NCBI GenBank assembly: GCA_038046765.1
Contig: JBBSVN010000001.1
Coordinates: 13,293 to 77,292, forward strand
DNA: 64,000 bases
Direction of reading: 5' to 3'
Source of the DNA: Candidatus Micrarchaeota archaeon
Lineage (GTDB): Archaea > Micrarchaeota > Micrarchaeia > Anstonellales > Bilamarchaeaceae
In this document: positions 46,671-56,012 of the stretch, piece after piece
How the letters are laid out: every line of letters starts with the position of its first letter
Numbering within the stretch: the stretch's first letter is position 1
Notes under the pieces: model-generated
Databases searched by the model: none
What the model was told of the DNA's origin: nothing
Seen by the model: the letters and a program-made list of their open reading frames with translations, nothing else
Program-made: the position numbers and the translations under genes

Positions 46671-46916
46671 TTATTTCTTTGCTGCTTTTGCTGTGCCTTT
46701 GTCATCCATTTCACAGCATCCTTCTTTGCATGCACCGCACATTCCCATGCTGTGTGCTAAAGAACCAACACCAAAGAGCAATAATAATAATCCTGCTGCC
46801 ATGTTTGCTGTTGTTGAACTTAAGGATCCTAATCCTGCAAGTAAAAACATTAAACCAGCAAGTAATACCATTAATCCTGAAACTTTTTCGCACATTCCTC
46901 CTTTACACATATACAA
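46671..46916 (-). CDS. small two-TM protein with Cys-rich termini (possible metal-binding)
   Basis: 81 aa. N-terminus MCKGGMCEK, two Gly/Leu-rich TM helices, C-terminus MGMCGACKEGCCEMDD. It has the best codon pattern of the four overlapping track ORFs here. Confidence 0.55.
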   Translation of the reverse strand: MYMCKGGMCEKVSGLMVLLAGLMFLLAGLGSLSSTTANMAAGLLLLLFGVGSLAHSMGMCGACKEGCCEMDDKGTAKAAKK

Positions 46917-47020
46917 TTCACCTGAAAAGTTTTTTATTATTAAGATAAACTACAAACAAAAGCTTATAAATACATGTTAGTACATATTTATTGCTAATTA
47001 TTATAACAGGTGGGTATTTA

Positions 47021-47203
47021 ATGGAAATAACTAAATATGAACTTTCAAGATTAATGGGTGCACGGGCACTACAATTATCATGCATGGCACCTCCGCTTGT
47101 AAAAGCTACTGCTAAAATGAGTTTTCTTGATGTAGCTGAACTCGAGTACAAACAAAAAGTTATTCCTTTAGTCGTATTTAGAAAGAAAACAAAAGAAAGT
47201 TAA
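47021..47203 (+). CDS. rpoK: DNA-directed RNA polymerase subunit K (Rpb6/omega homologue)
   Basis: MEITKYELSRLMGARALQLSCMAPPLV matches the RpoK core. ATG at 47021. Confidence 0.8.
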   Translation: MEITKYELSRLMGARALQLSCMAPPLVKATAKMSFLDVAELEYKQKVIPLVVFRKKTKES

Positions 47204-47241
47204 CTTTTTTTCTTACTTTAATTTTACTTTAATTATTCATC

Positions 47242-47880
47242 TTATTCTTTACTTACATTAAAAGGAGCTTGGACTAAATCTATTTTATAACCTGGTCCGG
47301 TTTCCCTTAATAGCACTCTTTTTTCTTGGTCTATCCATCTATAAAATGTCTGTCTGGTTTTACCCTGCCCTAATTCCAGCCTTATCCTATAAGCACTTCT
47401 GCCAAGCGTGGTATCATTACCCTCACTTATTAGATCGATTCTGTTTGTTATTACTGATCCCATCGCAAGACTATATTCTGATTCAACACTCCAGTTCCAA
47501 GTATTATCAATTGCAAGCATCCAAGGTGCAAAAACATAGAAAAATTGATCCTTTAAGGTGTAATTATTATATGTTCTATCATTTCCAAATTGATCGACGC
47601 ATGCAAATGTTCTGTTTAGCGTTCCCTGTATTTCTATTGCAGTGCAATTTATTCCCTTCTTTATATTATACAAAATTATAAATGAGTTGTTGGATGCTGA
47701 CACATTATATAAATAAACATATCTTTCTCCATCAAGTAGCGCAAATTTTGTGTTCTTTACTAAAGGCGCTTCCCTTACCGAATTACTCTGGACGATTTTT
47801 TGTGCTGGAAATAAGTAAACTGATGCGCTAATCATAAGTACAAAAACAATTACTGTGTATAAGAAAATCTTATTATCCAT
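47242..47880 (-). CDS. N-terminally anchored extracellular protein, unknown function
   Basis: N-terminal TM IFLYTVIVFVLMISASVYLF, then a soluble domain. Confidence 0.55.
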   Translation of the reverse strand: MDNKIFLYTVIVFVLMISASVYLFPAQKIVQSNSVREAPLVKNTKFALLDGERYVYLYNVSASNNSFIILYNIKKGINCTAIEIQGTLNRTFACVDQFGNDRTYNNYTLKDQFFYVFAPWMLAIDNTWNWSVESEYSLAMGSVITNRIDLISEGNDTTLGRSAYRIRLELGQGKTRQTFYRWIDQEKRVLLRETGPGYKIDLVQAPFNVSKE

Positions 47881-47888
47881 AGTCTCAC

Positions 47889-48404
47889 TTATTGTACTTT
47901 TGCCGCTTTTCCAAACTTTGCGTAGGGTTTAGTTGTTGGGCTATCCATTTTCTCAAAAAGAATCTGGGTAATGCGCATTCCCGCATGAAGTTTTATACTA
48001 AAAGGCGCGAAGTTAACTATTTCTAAAACTTGTCTGTTGTCGCTTCCAGGTTGGACTAATGCGGCAGTTACATGTATACATAGTCCCATTCTTGCGTATC
48101 TTGTACGTCCTTCTAATTTTCCCATTATTGATGGGCTAAGTGTAATCTTTTCAATCGTTTTTCCTAAGCACATTTCTCCTGGTTTTAATGTAATTATCTT
48201 CGCTTTTTTAAGTTCGAGCGCTTCGTTAAAATCAGTTTCTTTTAAGTCAACAATCTTATTGTGAAATTTCTTTTTGAAAAAATACCATTCATCGCTTAAT
48301 GTTAAATCGACTGTTGCTCCTCCTAGTTGCGAGGGCTCGAACGGAGTTATCTTTATCTCGCCTTTTTTCATTGCTTTTTTAATATTGGAATCACTTAGTG
48401 GCAT
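47889..48404 (-). CDS. dcd: dCTP deaminase family protein
   Basis: LSDSNIKKAMKKGEIKITPF...GGATVDLTL and the GRTRYARMG pattern. ATG 48404 (cat at 48402-48404) is preferred to the track start 48461. Confidence 0.85.
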   Translation of the reverse strand: MPLSDSNIKKAMKKGEIKITPFEPSQLGGATVDLTLSDEWYFFKKKFHNKIVDLKETDFNEALELKKAKIITLKPGEMCLGKTIEKITLSPSIMGKLEGRTRYARMGLCIHVTAALVQPGSDNRQVLEIVNFAPFSIKLHAGMRITQILFEKMDSPTTKPYAKFGKAAKVQ

Positions 48405-48455
48405 AAATAAGAAAACAAGACAAAGATTAAAAAGATTCCAGAAGCAGATAACGCT

Positions 48456-49157
48456 ATGCAAATTAAATCAATTAAGATAATTGTCAACCCGAAAAAAGAA
48501 TGGGCGATTAAACTCGCTAAAGAAGTAGGGTTATTTCTTATTCAAAATAAATTTAAAATCTCAAAGCAAAAAGCAGACTTAACAATTTGTATTGGCGGAG
48601 ACGGAACAATTCTTTACGCAAATCACAAAGACCGGATTGATGGCGCAATACTTGGGATCGGAAGTAGCACGAGCGTTGTATGTATACTACGAAATGATAA
48701 CTGGAAGGAAAAAATTCTGGATCTTATTAAATCTGCGAATGTCGAAAAGCGTCTTAGCCTCTTATGCGAATTTGAAGGTAAAAAGATATCTGCAATAAAT
48801 GATGTAGTAATTCACTCCTGCGATTATCGGGTAATAAAAATAAATCTTAAAATAAATGGCGAAACTTTCGAATTTCAGGGAGATGGGGTAATAATTTCAA
48901 CTCCAACTGGTTCAACTGCTTATGCGTATTCAGCTGGCGGGAAAACGTTATCTACTGTTTCTCGGGAAATCGAAATTGTTCCGATCTGCCCTTATAAACG
49001 GACATTTGAAACAGAAATAACTGATCAAAATAGTGAAATTGAAATAATTTGTGACCGAGGGAGTGCGCTTATAATTGACGGGATTTTTATCGGGAAGGTA
49101 AAACCAAATCAGACAATAAGAGTTAAAAAAGGTGAAGATGTAAGCTTTATCGTATAG
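48456..49157 (+). CDS. nadK: NAD kinase
   Basis: GGDGTILY, NDVVI and STPTGSTAYAYSAGG motifs. Confidence 0.85.
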   Translation: MQIKSIKIIVNPKKEWAIKLAKEVGLFLIQNKFKISKQKADLTICIGGDGTILYANHKDRIDGAILGIGSSTSVVCILRNDNWKEKILDLIKSANVEKRLSLLCEFEGKKISAINDVVIHSCDYRVIKINLKINGETFEFQGDGVIISTPTGSTAYAYSAGGKTLSTVSREIEIVPICPYKRTFETEITDQNSEIEIICDRGSALIIDGIFIGKVKPNQTIRVKKGEDVSFIV

Positions 49158-49168
49158 GTGATTACTTT

Positions 49169-50368
49169 ATGAAAAAATTCTTGTTTGCGTTGTTACTATT
49201 TTCTATTCTCTTATTAGGTTGTACTCAAAAACCATCCATTATAAAGGCCAACGATTCTGTAATTGTACCACCAACAGTACAATCAAATGTTTCTAACCTC
49301 ACAAATACATCTGAACCACCTGCTGTTGTTAAATCTGAAACCGTTAAGTTTGGGGCCATCTTGCCTTTAACTGGTACGCTTGCTAATATCGGAGATGGTA
49401 TGAAAAATGCAATGCTTCTAGCTGTTCGTGAAATAAACGGACAGGGCGGTATAAATGGCAAAATTGTTGAACTTGTAATTGAAGATAGTGCATGCAATCC
49501 GTCAAACGGCGTTTCTGCGGCAACTAAGCTTGTTTCTATTGATAAAGTTTTGGCAGTAGCCGGTCCAACATGTTCGGGTGAAAGTTTAGCATCTGCAAAT
49601 GTTTTTACTGATAATAAAGTTGTTGCACTTTCCCCTAGCGCAACAAGCTCTAAATTGACTACTTCAAGTGATTATCTATTTAGAATTGTCCCAAGCGACT
49701 CTTTTCAGGGAAGCGTAGCTGCGAAATATTCTAGAAATACGCTTGGTGCAAAAAGATCTGCAATATTCTATATTAATAACGACTGGGGCGTGGGACTTCG
49801 GGACTCGTTCAAAAAAACATTTGTTGATATGGGCGGGGAAATTTCAACTGAACAGAGCATGATGGGGGACGCAACTGATGTAAAGACAGAGTTGACTAGG
49901 ATAAGAGCACTAAATTCTGACCTTATATATCTGGCATGTTATCCAAAAGAGTGTTCAATTGCATTAAAACAAATTTCGGACTTCGGTATCAACATAACTG
50001 TGCTTGGTGCAGATGGAGCTGATGATCCACAAACATTATCTAGTTTAGGAAATGCTGCAGAAGGCCTTACGATAACGATCGCAAGTTCTCAAAACGCAGT
50101 TGACTTTTCTAAAAATTATAAATCTTTATATGCAAAAGAAGCCGGTGCTTACACTGCACAATCTTATGACTCTATAAATTTGCTTGCCAGTGCAGTAAAA
50201 AGCGGTGCGATAGACGGACCATCGATAAAAAGCTACCTTTACGGTGTTAATTACAAAGGCGTAAGCGGTAACATTGAATTTGATTCAAACGGCGACCTAA
50301 AAGGTTACAAATACGACCTTAAAAAATGGACTAATGGAAAGTTTGTTTTGCTAGAGAAAGCAGGTTAA
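49169..50368 (+). CDS. livK: branched-chain amino acid ABC transporter substrate-binding lipoprotein (LivK/LivJ type)
   Basis: Signal plus LLGC lipobox. Type-I periplasmic binding fold pattern (KFGAILPLTG...GPTCSGES...). Confidence 0.85.
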   Translation: MKKFLFALLLFSILLLGCTQKPSIIKANDSVIVPPTVQSNVSNLTNTSEPPAVVKSETVKFGAILPLTGTLANIGDGMKNAMLLAVREINGQGGINGKIVELVIEDSACNPSNGVSAATKLVSIDKVLAVAGPTCSGESLASANVFTDNKVVALSPSATSSKLTTSSDYLFRIVPSDSFQGSVAAKYSRNTLGAKRSAIFYINNDWGVGLRDSFKKTFVDMGGEISTEQSMMGDATDVKTELTRIRALNSDLIYLACYPKECSIALKQISDFGINITVLGADGADDPQTLSSLGNAAEGLTITIASSQNAVDFSKNYKSLYAKEAGAYTAQSYDSINLLASAVKSGAIDGPSIKSYLYGVNYKGVSGNIEFDSNGDLKGYKYDLKKWTNGKFVLLEKAG

Positions 50369-50372
50369 TTAA

Positions 50373-50484
50373 TTGCTTGTAGCCTGTGGCTTGGTAGCTA
50401 TTAGCCACTTGCTAATTGCCACGAGTCACTCGCCAATAATTGCTACTTGCAACCCGTTACGGTCTACATGCCATTAGCTGATTC
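50373..50484. repeat. degenerate 7-nt tandem array (about 16 units), G+C-enriched, in the livK-livH spacer
   Basis: Splits cleanly into heptamers: ttgcttg tagcctg tggcttg gtagcta ttagcca cttgcta attgcca cgagtca ctcgcca ataattg ctacttg caacccg ttacggt ctacatg ccattag ctgattc. Confidence 0.55.
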
Positions 50485-50486
50485 AT

Positions 50487-51368
50487 ATGTCTGAACTTGT
50501 TTTAATTCTGCAAATTCTTGTAAACGGGATAATTGCTGGTGCAATACTTTCGTTAGTTGCAATTGGGTACAATATGATTTATGGGATTCTTAAGTTTATC
50601 AATTTTGCACATGGAGATGTTGTAACATTTTCCTCTTTTATCTTCTTTTTTTTCTTTGTTCAGATTAAGTTGCCAATTTACTTATCTGTTATCCTGGCAG
50701 TTATTCTGACTTTGACTCTATCTATGGCTATGAATCATTTTATATATAAAAAACTTAGGTCCGCGCCAAAAATATCTTTGCTAGTCGCTGCCATTTCGCT
50801 TTCATTAATCATTCAGGCTGCAATACTTATGAGTTTTGGGGCAGATGTTAAAATTATTCCAAATCCATTTTCCCCTAAACCTTTGGAATTTTTTGGTGTA
50901 ATTATTACTTCTGTTCAGATTGCAATAATTTTTGTATCTGTTTTTCTTTGTATTTTACTAGAAATCTTCTTGCAAAAAACAACTTTAGGTAAACAAATAC
51001 GTGCTACATCAGCAGATCCAGAACTAGCTAAAACAATTGGTATTGACACAGAAAAAACAATCGCAGATGCTTTTGCAATTTCATCTCTTTTGGCTACTGT
51101 TGCCGCAATTATGATAAGTTTTGAGCAACCAATTAATTATTACCTTGGATTTAATTTAGGAGTTAATGCATTTGCCGCGAGCATAATTGGGGGGATAGGT
51201 AGCATTTACGGATCTTTCCTAGGTGCTTATTTTATCAGTATTCTTGAAAACTTAGGATTGCTATTTCTTCCATCTGGTTACAAGGATGCAATTGGCTTTT
51301 TGGTGTTGGCAATCTTTTTATTATTTAGACCAAACGGAATAATTCACAATAAATCTAGAAAGTTGTAA
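50487..51368 (+). CDS. livH: branched-chain amino acid ABC transporter permease (LivH type)
   Basis: 293 aa polytopic protein. INFAHGD motif near the N-terminus. Confidence 0.85.
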   Translation: MSELVLILQILVNGIIAGAILSLVAIGYNMIYGILKFINFAHGDVVTFSSFIFFFFFVQIKLPIYLSVILAVILTLTLSMAMNHFIYKKLRSAPKISLLVAAISLSLIIQAAILMSFGADVKIIPNPFSPKPLEFFGVIITSVQIAIIFVSVFLCILLEIFLQKTTLGKQIRATSADPELAKTIGIDTEKTIADAFAISSLLATVAAIMISFEQPINYYLGFNLGVNAFAASIIGGIGSIYGSFLGAYFISILENLGLLFLPSGYKDAIGFLVLAIFLLFRPNGIIHNKSRKL

Positions 51369-51417
51369 AATGTGTAAAAAAGATAGATTAAAAAAAGATT
51401 TGTTATAATAAATTGTT

Positions 51418-51948
51418 ATGGACGATTTAATACAGAAGCTAAATACGGCAGATCAATCTAAACCTGAATTTTCTATTTATATTGAGCAAGCTGGAGAAAC
51501 ACAGTCAGTTAAAGTCCTAGATACTCTTTTAAAAATACTAAAAACTGGCAATAAAAAACATTTATGTGCAATTGCAAGGGCATTAGCCAAGATTGGCATA
51601 AAGGAGGCAGTACCAGAACTTTTAGAGCATTTATTCTTACCCGATTTTTACAAAAGACGGGAAATTGGTCAAGCGATAAAAGACATCGTTACACGTGCAA
51701 AAAAAATTGAAGACCTTGGGTACATTATCGATGCGGTTGTTACTTCCATAAAAAATAACCGGAATCACCCATTTTGTCAGGAACGTGATCAGGAAGTTCA
51801 GTCTGTTCTGCATGCAATAAACGCAAAAAATGAATTCCTAAGGCAAGAAAAAATTGTTCAAACCTCTAATGGTCATATCTTAAAATTAAAAAACCCTAAC
51901 GGAATTCAACTGGGAAAAAAATCTGCCCCTAAGAAATTAATCTGTTAA
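51418..51948 (+). CDS. HEAT-repeat (PBS-lyase-like) protein inserted in the liv operon
   Basis: LCAIARALAKIGIKEAVPELLEHL is a HEAT/PBS-lyase-type repeat. 176 aa, soluble. Confidence 0.5.
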   Translation: MDDLIQKLNTADQSKPEFSIYIEQAGETQSVKVLDTLLKILKTGNKKHLCAIARALAKIGIKEAVPELLEHLFLPDFYKRREIGQAIKDIVTRAKKIEDLGYIIDAVVTSIKNNRNHPFCQERDQEVQSVLHAINAKNEFLRQEKIVQTSNGHILKLKNPNGIQLGKKSAPKKLIC

Positions 51949-51952
51949 CTCA

Positions 51953-52006
51953 TCTTTCGCAAAGTACGAAATTAATTTCGACGCCAGCGAAAAACGCTTT
52001 GCGAAA
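51953..52006 (+). other. nested hairpin element upstream of livM
   Basis: CTTTCGCAAAG (51953-51963) pairs with CTTTGCGAAAG (51996-52006), an 11-bp perfect stem. It encloses the palindrome CGAAATTAATTTCG (51965-51978). Confidence 0.5.
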
Positions 52007-52113
52007 GTTTAGGTGTTAGCTACATCTTCCAAGAAATAGACGCTCCATTACCAGAATTAATGTAGTTAACGATTCCAAAAACCTTTTTATTAAACGCTTC
52101 TGATAGTTAGTTT

Positions 52114-53004
52114 ATGGAATCCGGAATATTCGTTTATTTATCTAGTTTAATTTCGCGTGCTTCGATTTACTTAGCAGGTGTAATTAGCGCCAACATGCAG
52201 TACGGTTACACCGGAATGCTTAATCTTGGTGTTGCGGCATTTTCCATGCTCGGTGCGTATGTTACCGCCATTTTAGTTACTCGCTTTGACGCTGATTTTC
52301 TAACAACAATAATCGCTTCTATAATTGTATGCGTAATAGTTTCGATTTTTATCGGATTAGTTAGCCTTAGGACAAAGGGTGATTATTTTGCGCTTGTTAC
52401 TCTTGGTTTTGGTTATGTCTTATACTCACTTTTTTTGAACTACCAGGATGAACCAATTAATGGTGCTTTAGGTATTCCCTCAATAAGGCGTCCTTCTTTT
52501 GGCGATTTTATTTTAACCCGGGAAAGTTTCTTTTTCCTTTGCCTGGGGTTTCTGGTTATTCTCTACTTTATTGCAAATAAAATTCTCAAATCACACTATG
52601 GTACTGTTTTGCGCTCTATTCGGGATAATGAAGATGCCGCGCGCTCACTTGGTAAAGACGCGGACAAGTACAAACTTAGTATATTTGTTATCGGGGCTGT
52701 TTTTGCAGGATTAGGCGGTTCCATGTATTCATATTGGGCAAGTTACATTGACCCTGGCTCTTTTGGAATTATTGACTCTTTATATATAATTTTTGCAGTT
52801 TTAATTGGTGGAAAGGGAAATTTACTCGGAAGTGTTGCAGGCGGGTTTCTTTTTATTTTGCTTCCCGAGCCTTTAAGGTTTCTTAATTTGCCGCCTAATA
52901 TAATTGGCGGGGCAAGGCAGCTTATACTGGGAGTTCTTTTGCTTCTTACAATTTTGTACCGTCCAGATGGAATATTCAAGGAAAAAACAAAGAAATTTAA
53001 CTAA
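52114..53004 (+). CDS. livM: branched-chain amino acid ABC transporter permease (LivM type)
   Basis: 296 aa polytopic protein, LivM-like (LRSIRDNEDAARSLG segment). Confidence 0.85.
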   Translation: MESGIFVYLSSLISRASIYLAGVISANMQYGYTGMLNLGVAAFSMLGAYVTAILVTRFDADFLTTIIASIIVCVIVSIFIGLVSLRTKGDYFALVTLGFGYVLYSLFLNYQDEPINGALGIPSIRRPSFGDFILTRESFFFLCLGFLVILYFIANKILKSHYGTVLRSIRDNEDAARSLGKDADKYKLSIFVIGAVFAGLGGSMYSYWASYIDPGSFGIIDSLYIIFAVLIGGKGNLLGSVAGGFLFILLPEPLRFLNLPPNIIGGARQLILGVLLLLTILYRPDGIFKEKTKKFN

Positions 53005-53031
53005 ATATCTTCTAATTATATATGATGATTT

Positions 53032-53781
53032 ATGCCTAATCATATTCTTAAAGTCAAAAACCTTTGCAAACATTACGATGGTGTAGTCGCTCTTGATAAC
53101 TGTAGTTTTGAAATTGAAGTTGGTACAATAACTGGTTTAATTGGTCCAAATGGTGCTGGTAAAACTACTTTATTTAATGTAATAAGCGGGTTCGAAAAAC
53201 CAACTTCAGGAAGTGTTTATTTGCATAACCAAAATGTCACTAATCTAAAATCTCACGAAGTAGCTTCTTTGGGTCTTTGCCGTACATTTCAGTCAACAAA
53301 GCTTTTTAGTCACATGACTGCAATGGAAAATCTTATTACTGCGCAAAAAACCAGCAATAATTATATCGATATTGCAAAAGACCTTTTTCGAGATCAGACA
53401 ATTATCGCAAAGAAAAGTTTAGACATTCTATCTTGGGCTAACCTGCATGAAAAGAAAAATCATCTGACTAAAGATTTATCTTATGGTCAGCAAAAAATCT
53501 TAGCTCCTCTTAGAAGTCTTGCAGCAGATCCTAAGGTGCTTCTTTTAGATGAACCATTTGCTGGAGTAAATCCTAAAATGGTAAAATCAATAATGGAGAA
53601 TATCGTGAAAATAAAAAATACTGGTAAAACTATTCTTCTTATTGAACATAATCTAAGTGCGGTTATGGACTTATGCGAGGGGGTAATTGTTCTTGATCAA
53701 GGTAAAAAAATTGCACACGGTTCAATTGATGAAATAAAAAATAACAAAAAGGTTATTGAAGCTTATTTGGGTGCGGTTTAG
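53032..53781 (+). CDS. livG: ABC transporter ATP-binding protein (LivG type)
   Basis: Walker A GPNGAGKTT, signature LSYGQQK, Walker B LLLDEP. Confidence 0.9.
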   Translation: MPNHILKVKNLCKHYDGVVALDNCSFEIEVGTITGLIGPNGAGKTTLFNVISGFEKPTSGSVYLHNQNVTNLKSHEVASLGLCRTFQSTKLFSHMTAMENLITAQKTSNNYIDIAKDLFRDQTIIAKKSLDILSWANLHEKKNHLTKDLSYGQQKILAPLRSLAADPKVLLLDEPFAGVNPKMVKSIMENIVKIKNTGKTILLIEHNLSAVMDLCEGVIVLDQGKKIAHGSIDEIKNNKKVIEAYLGAV

Positions 53782-53782
53782 T

Positions 53783-54469
53783 ATGTCTGCTGCTACTTTA
53801 TCAATAAAAAATATCTATGCTGGCTATGATAAATTAGAAATCCTGCACGATATTTCGTTTAGCTTTAATCAAACAGATTTTGTAACTCTAGTTGGTGCAA
53901 ACGGAGCTGGTAAAAGCACGCTGCTTAAGGTAATTTCCGGGGTTATTGTTCCAACAGATGGGGTGGTTGAATTAAACGGAAAAAATCTGCTAAGTTTATC
54001 CGTTAAAGAAAGACTCGAAAACGGTATTGCGTACGTTCCACAAGGTAAAAAGATTTTTCCTGGTTTATCTGTCAAAGAAAATCTGGAGTTAGTTTCATCT
54101 GATTTTTCGCATGTTTTAGATATTTTTCCTTCTATAAAAACAAAACTAAATATTCGTTCTGAATTTCTAAGCGGCGGGGAGCAGCAGATGGTGGGTCTTG
54201 CCCGGGCTCTGTTATTTAAGCCAAAATTTCTCTTACTTGACGAACCTTCAATAGGACTTTCCCCCAGCTTGGTTGATAAAACTTTTAAAATTTTTAAGAA
54301 ACTAAACGAAGAAGAAGGAACCGGAATTTTGGTTGTCGAACAAAACGTGAAAAAAGCATTGGAATACGTACATTACGGGTACATTTTGGAGCTTGGGAAA
54401 ATAAAACAAAAAGTAACTAAAGACGATTTGGAAAACCCCGATTTTAAGAGAGTTTATTTGGGGATTTAA
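53783..54469 (+). CDS. livF: ABC transporter ATP-binding protein (LivF type)
   Basis: Walker A GANGAGKST, signature LSGGEQQ, Walker B LLLDEPS. ATG at 53783 lies just after the livG stop. Confidence 0.9.
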   Translation: MSAATLSIKNIYAGYDKLEILHDISFSFNQTDFVTLVGANGAGKSTLLKVISGVIVPTDGVVELNGKNLLSLSVKERLENGIAYVPQGKKIFPGLSVKENLELVSSDFSHVLDIFPSIKTKLNIRSEFLSGGEQQMVGLARALLFKPKFLLLDEPSIGLSPSLVDKTFKIFKKLNEEEGTGILVVEQNVKKALEYVHYGYILELGKIKQKVTKDDLENPDFKRVYLGI

Positions 54470-54474
54470 TGTTA

Positions 54475-55572
54475 TTAAAATTCTCCCAGCGTTTTTTGTC
54501 CTTTTTTACTTTCTAGTTTTTCCACACGAACTCCAGCACGCCGAAAGTTTACGGTAGTGATGCTTAAAAGTTCTGTGTACAATTCTTTTGCTACTTTTTT
54601 AATTTCCTCAACATCGCTTGAAGCCCTCATGATTGTCTTTGACTTAGTGTGCATCGCAATTGTAGAATCTATTGCATTTATCCCAACAGTTTCGAAAGTA
54701 AGATTATTTGCCTTTAGTTCTTCTGCAATGTCTTCTGCTAAAGCATTAACTAGTTCCATTATCTCGTTTATATCTCGTGTATCCTCTTTAAGCGTAGCAA
54801 TTCGACTAATCTGTTTTTGTTCAGAAGACATTTGGACAATGCTTTCATCAATTCCTCTACTTGCCTGGTAAAGAAAAACTCCTGTTTTTTTACCAAACTT
54901 TTCTACTAAAATAACTGGGTCAATTGACCTTAAGTCTGAAATTGTACGTACGCTCATCCCTTCCAAAGCTTCTTTTGTTTTGTCGCCTACCCCTGGAATT
55001 GCATCAGCTTCCATGTAAGATAAAAAAGTCTCCACTTCGTTTGGTTTAACCATTGTAAGCCCATTTGGTTTAGCCTGTGCGCTTGCGATTTTAGCAATTA
55101 ATTTATTTGGTCCAATCCCAACTGAACATGTTAGTTTTATCTTTTCCAAAATTTCTTTTTTGATTCTTTGTGCAAGGTCTTTTGCTTTAAAGTAATCCCC
55201 TTTTGATTTTTCGCTTAAGTCAAGATAAGCTTCATCAATACTGGTTTGTTCGAACTTGGAAATACTTACTTGCTTTAGAAGAATTTGCATAATTTGCTCG
55301 GAGAAATTTGCATAATATGCGTGATCCGCTCTTAAGAAAGTCGCATCTTTTCCCTCAAGAATTTTCTTTGCCCGAATAATTGGCATTCCTGATTTAACCC
55401 CGAATTTCCTGGCTACGTAATTGCATGTTGAAACTGCTCCGCTATCCTGCGTTCGTCCTGAATAAATACAAACGACGATTGGTTTTCCTTTTGAATCTGG
55501 GTGTCTAAGTTCCTCAACTTGGGCAAAGAAGTAGTCTAGGTCAAGGTGGAGAATGATGCGATTGGGAGACAT
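54475..55572 (-). CDS. dinB: Y-family DNA polymerase IV (Dpo4/Dbh type)
   Basis: ILHLDLDYFFAQVEE, SIDEAYLD and the little-finger C-terminal domain. Confidence 0.9.
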   Translation of the reverse strand: MSPNRIILHLDLDYFFAQVEELRHPDSKGKPIVVCIYSGRTQDSGAVSTCNYVARKFGVKSGMPIIRAKKILEGKDATFLRADHAYYANFSEQIMQILLKQVSISKFEQTSIDEAYLDLSEKSKGDYFKAKDLAQRIKKEILEKIKLTCSVGIGPNKLIAKIASAQAKPNGLTMVKPNEVETFLSYMEADAIPGVGDKTKEALEGMSVRTISDLRSIDPVILVEKFGKKTGVFLYQASRGIDESIVQMSSEQKQISRIATLKEDTRDINEIMELVNALAEDIAEELKANNLTFETVGINAIDSTIAMHTKSKTIMRASSDVEEIKKVAKELYTELLSITTVNFRRAGVRVEKLESKKGQKTLGEF

Positions 55573-55574
55573 GG

Positions 55575-56012
55575 TTATCGTTTAGTTAATTCTTTTGATT
55601 TTTGTAAGAATTCTTTTGCAACTTTGATAATATGTTCTGCGGATCTATCAGAGTAAGCTAAGCCATAATCCGCATCCATCCTAGAGATCATACACTCTCT
55701 AAAATTCCTACTTAATCTTGGTTCGATTTTATTGGTAAGCACGTACAATTCTTCCAATGCAGTTAATAAGCAATAGTGGCTTTTTTCCCTATAACCTTGT
55801 AAGAAAACTAATCCTTTTGCAGCGTGAAACATTGAATAATAAGCTTGTATGATCGCCCATTTAGGGTCGTTATCAGAAAGAGATTTTTCTGCACTTTTCA
55901 GGTCTTTCTCCGCTTCATTAATTTCTTTTTCAACTAAACCATAATCGAAATTGATCTTAACTAATGCACCTCTTTCTAGACATTTTTTAAAATCTAGATT
56001 CATTTTGATCAT
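55575..56012 (-). CDS. HEPN-domain protein
   Basis: 145 aa helical protein. WAIIQAYYSMFHAAKGLVFLQGYREKSH segment. Overlaps the upstream MNT gene. Confidence 0.7.
   Translation of the reverse strand: MIKMNLDFKKCLERGALVKINFDYGLVEKEINEAEKDLKSAEKSLSDNDPKWAIIQAYYSMFHAAKGLVFLQGYREKSHYCLLTALEELYVLTNKIEPRLSRNFRECMISRMDADYGLAYSDRSAEHIIKVAKEFLQKSKELTKR

Noticed and set aside
46654-46980. Plus-strand ORFs 46654-46980 and 46679-46948, and minus-strand ORF 46711-46893.
   Set aside because: They overlap the more gene-like minus-strand 81-aa ORF, which has TM helices and a terminator, and their translations look like frame-shadow products. This is unconfirmed without comparative data.
50369-50486. Considered the G+C-enriched livK-livH spacer as the missing DGR template repeat. 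It shares gtggctt and gttacgg with the kinase patch.
   Set aside because: The spacing between the shared words differs (63 vs 56 nt). The intervening sequence is unrelated at non-adenine positions, which a TR/VR pair does not allow.
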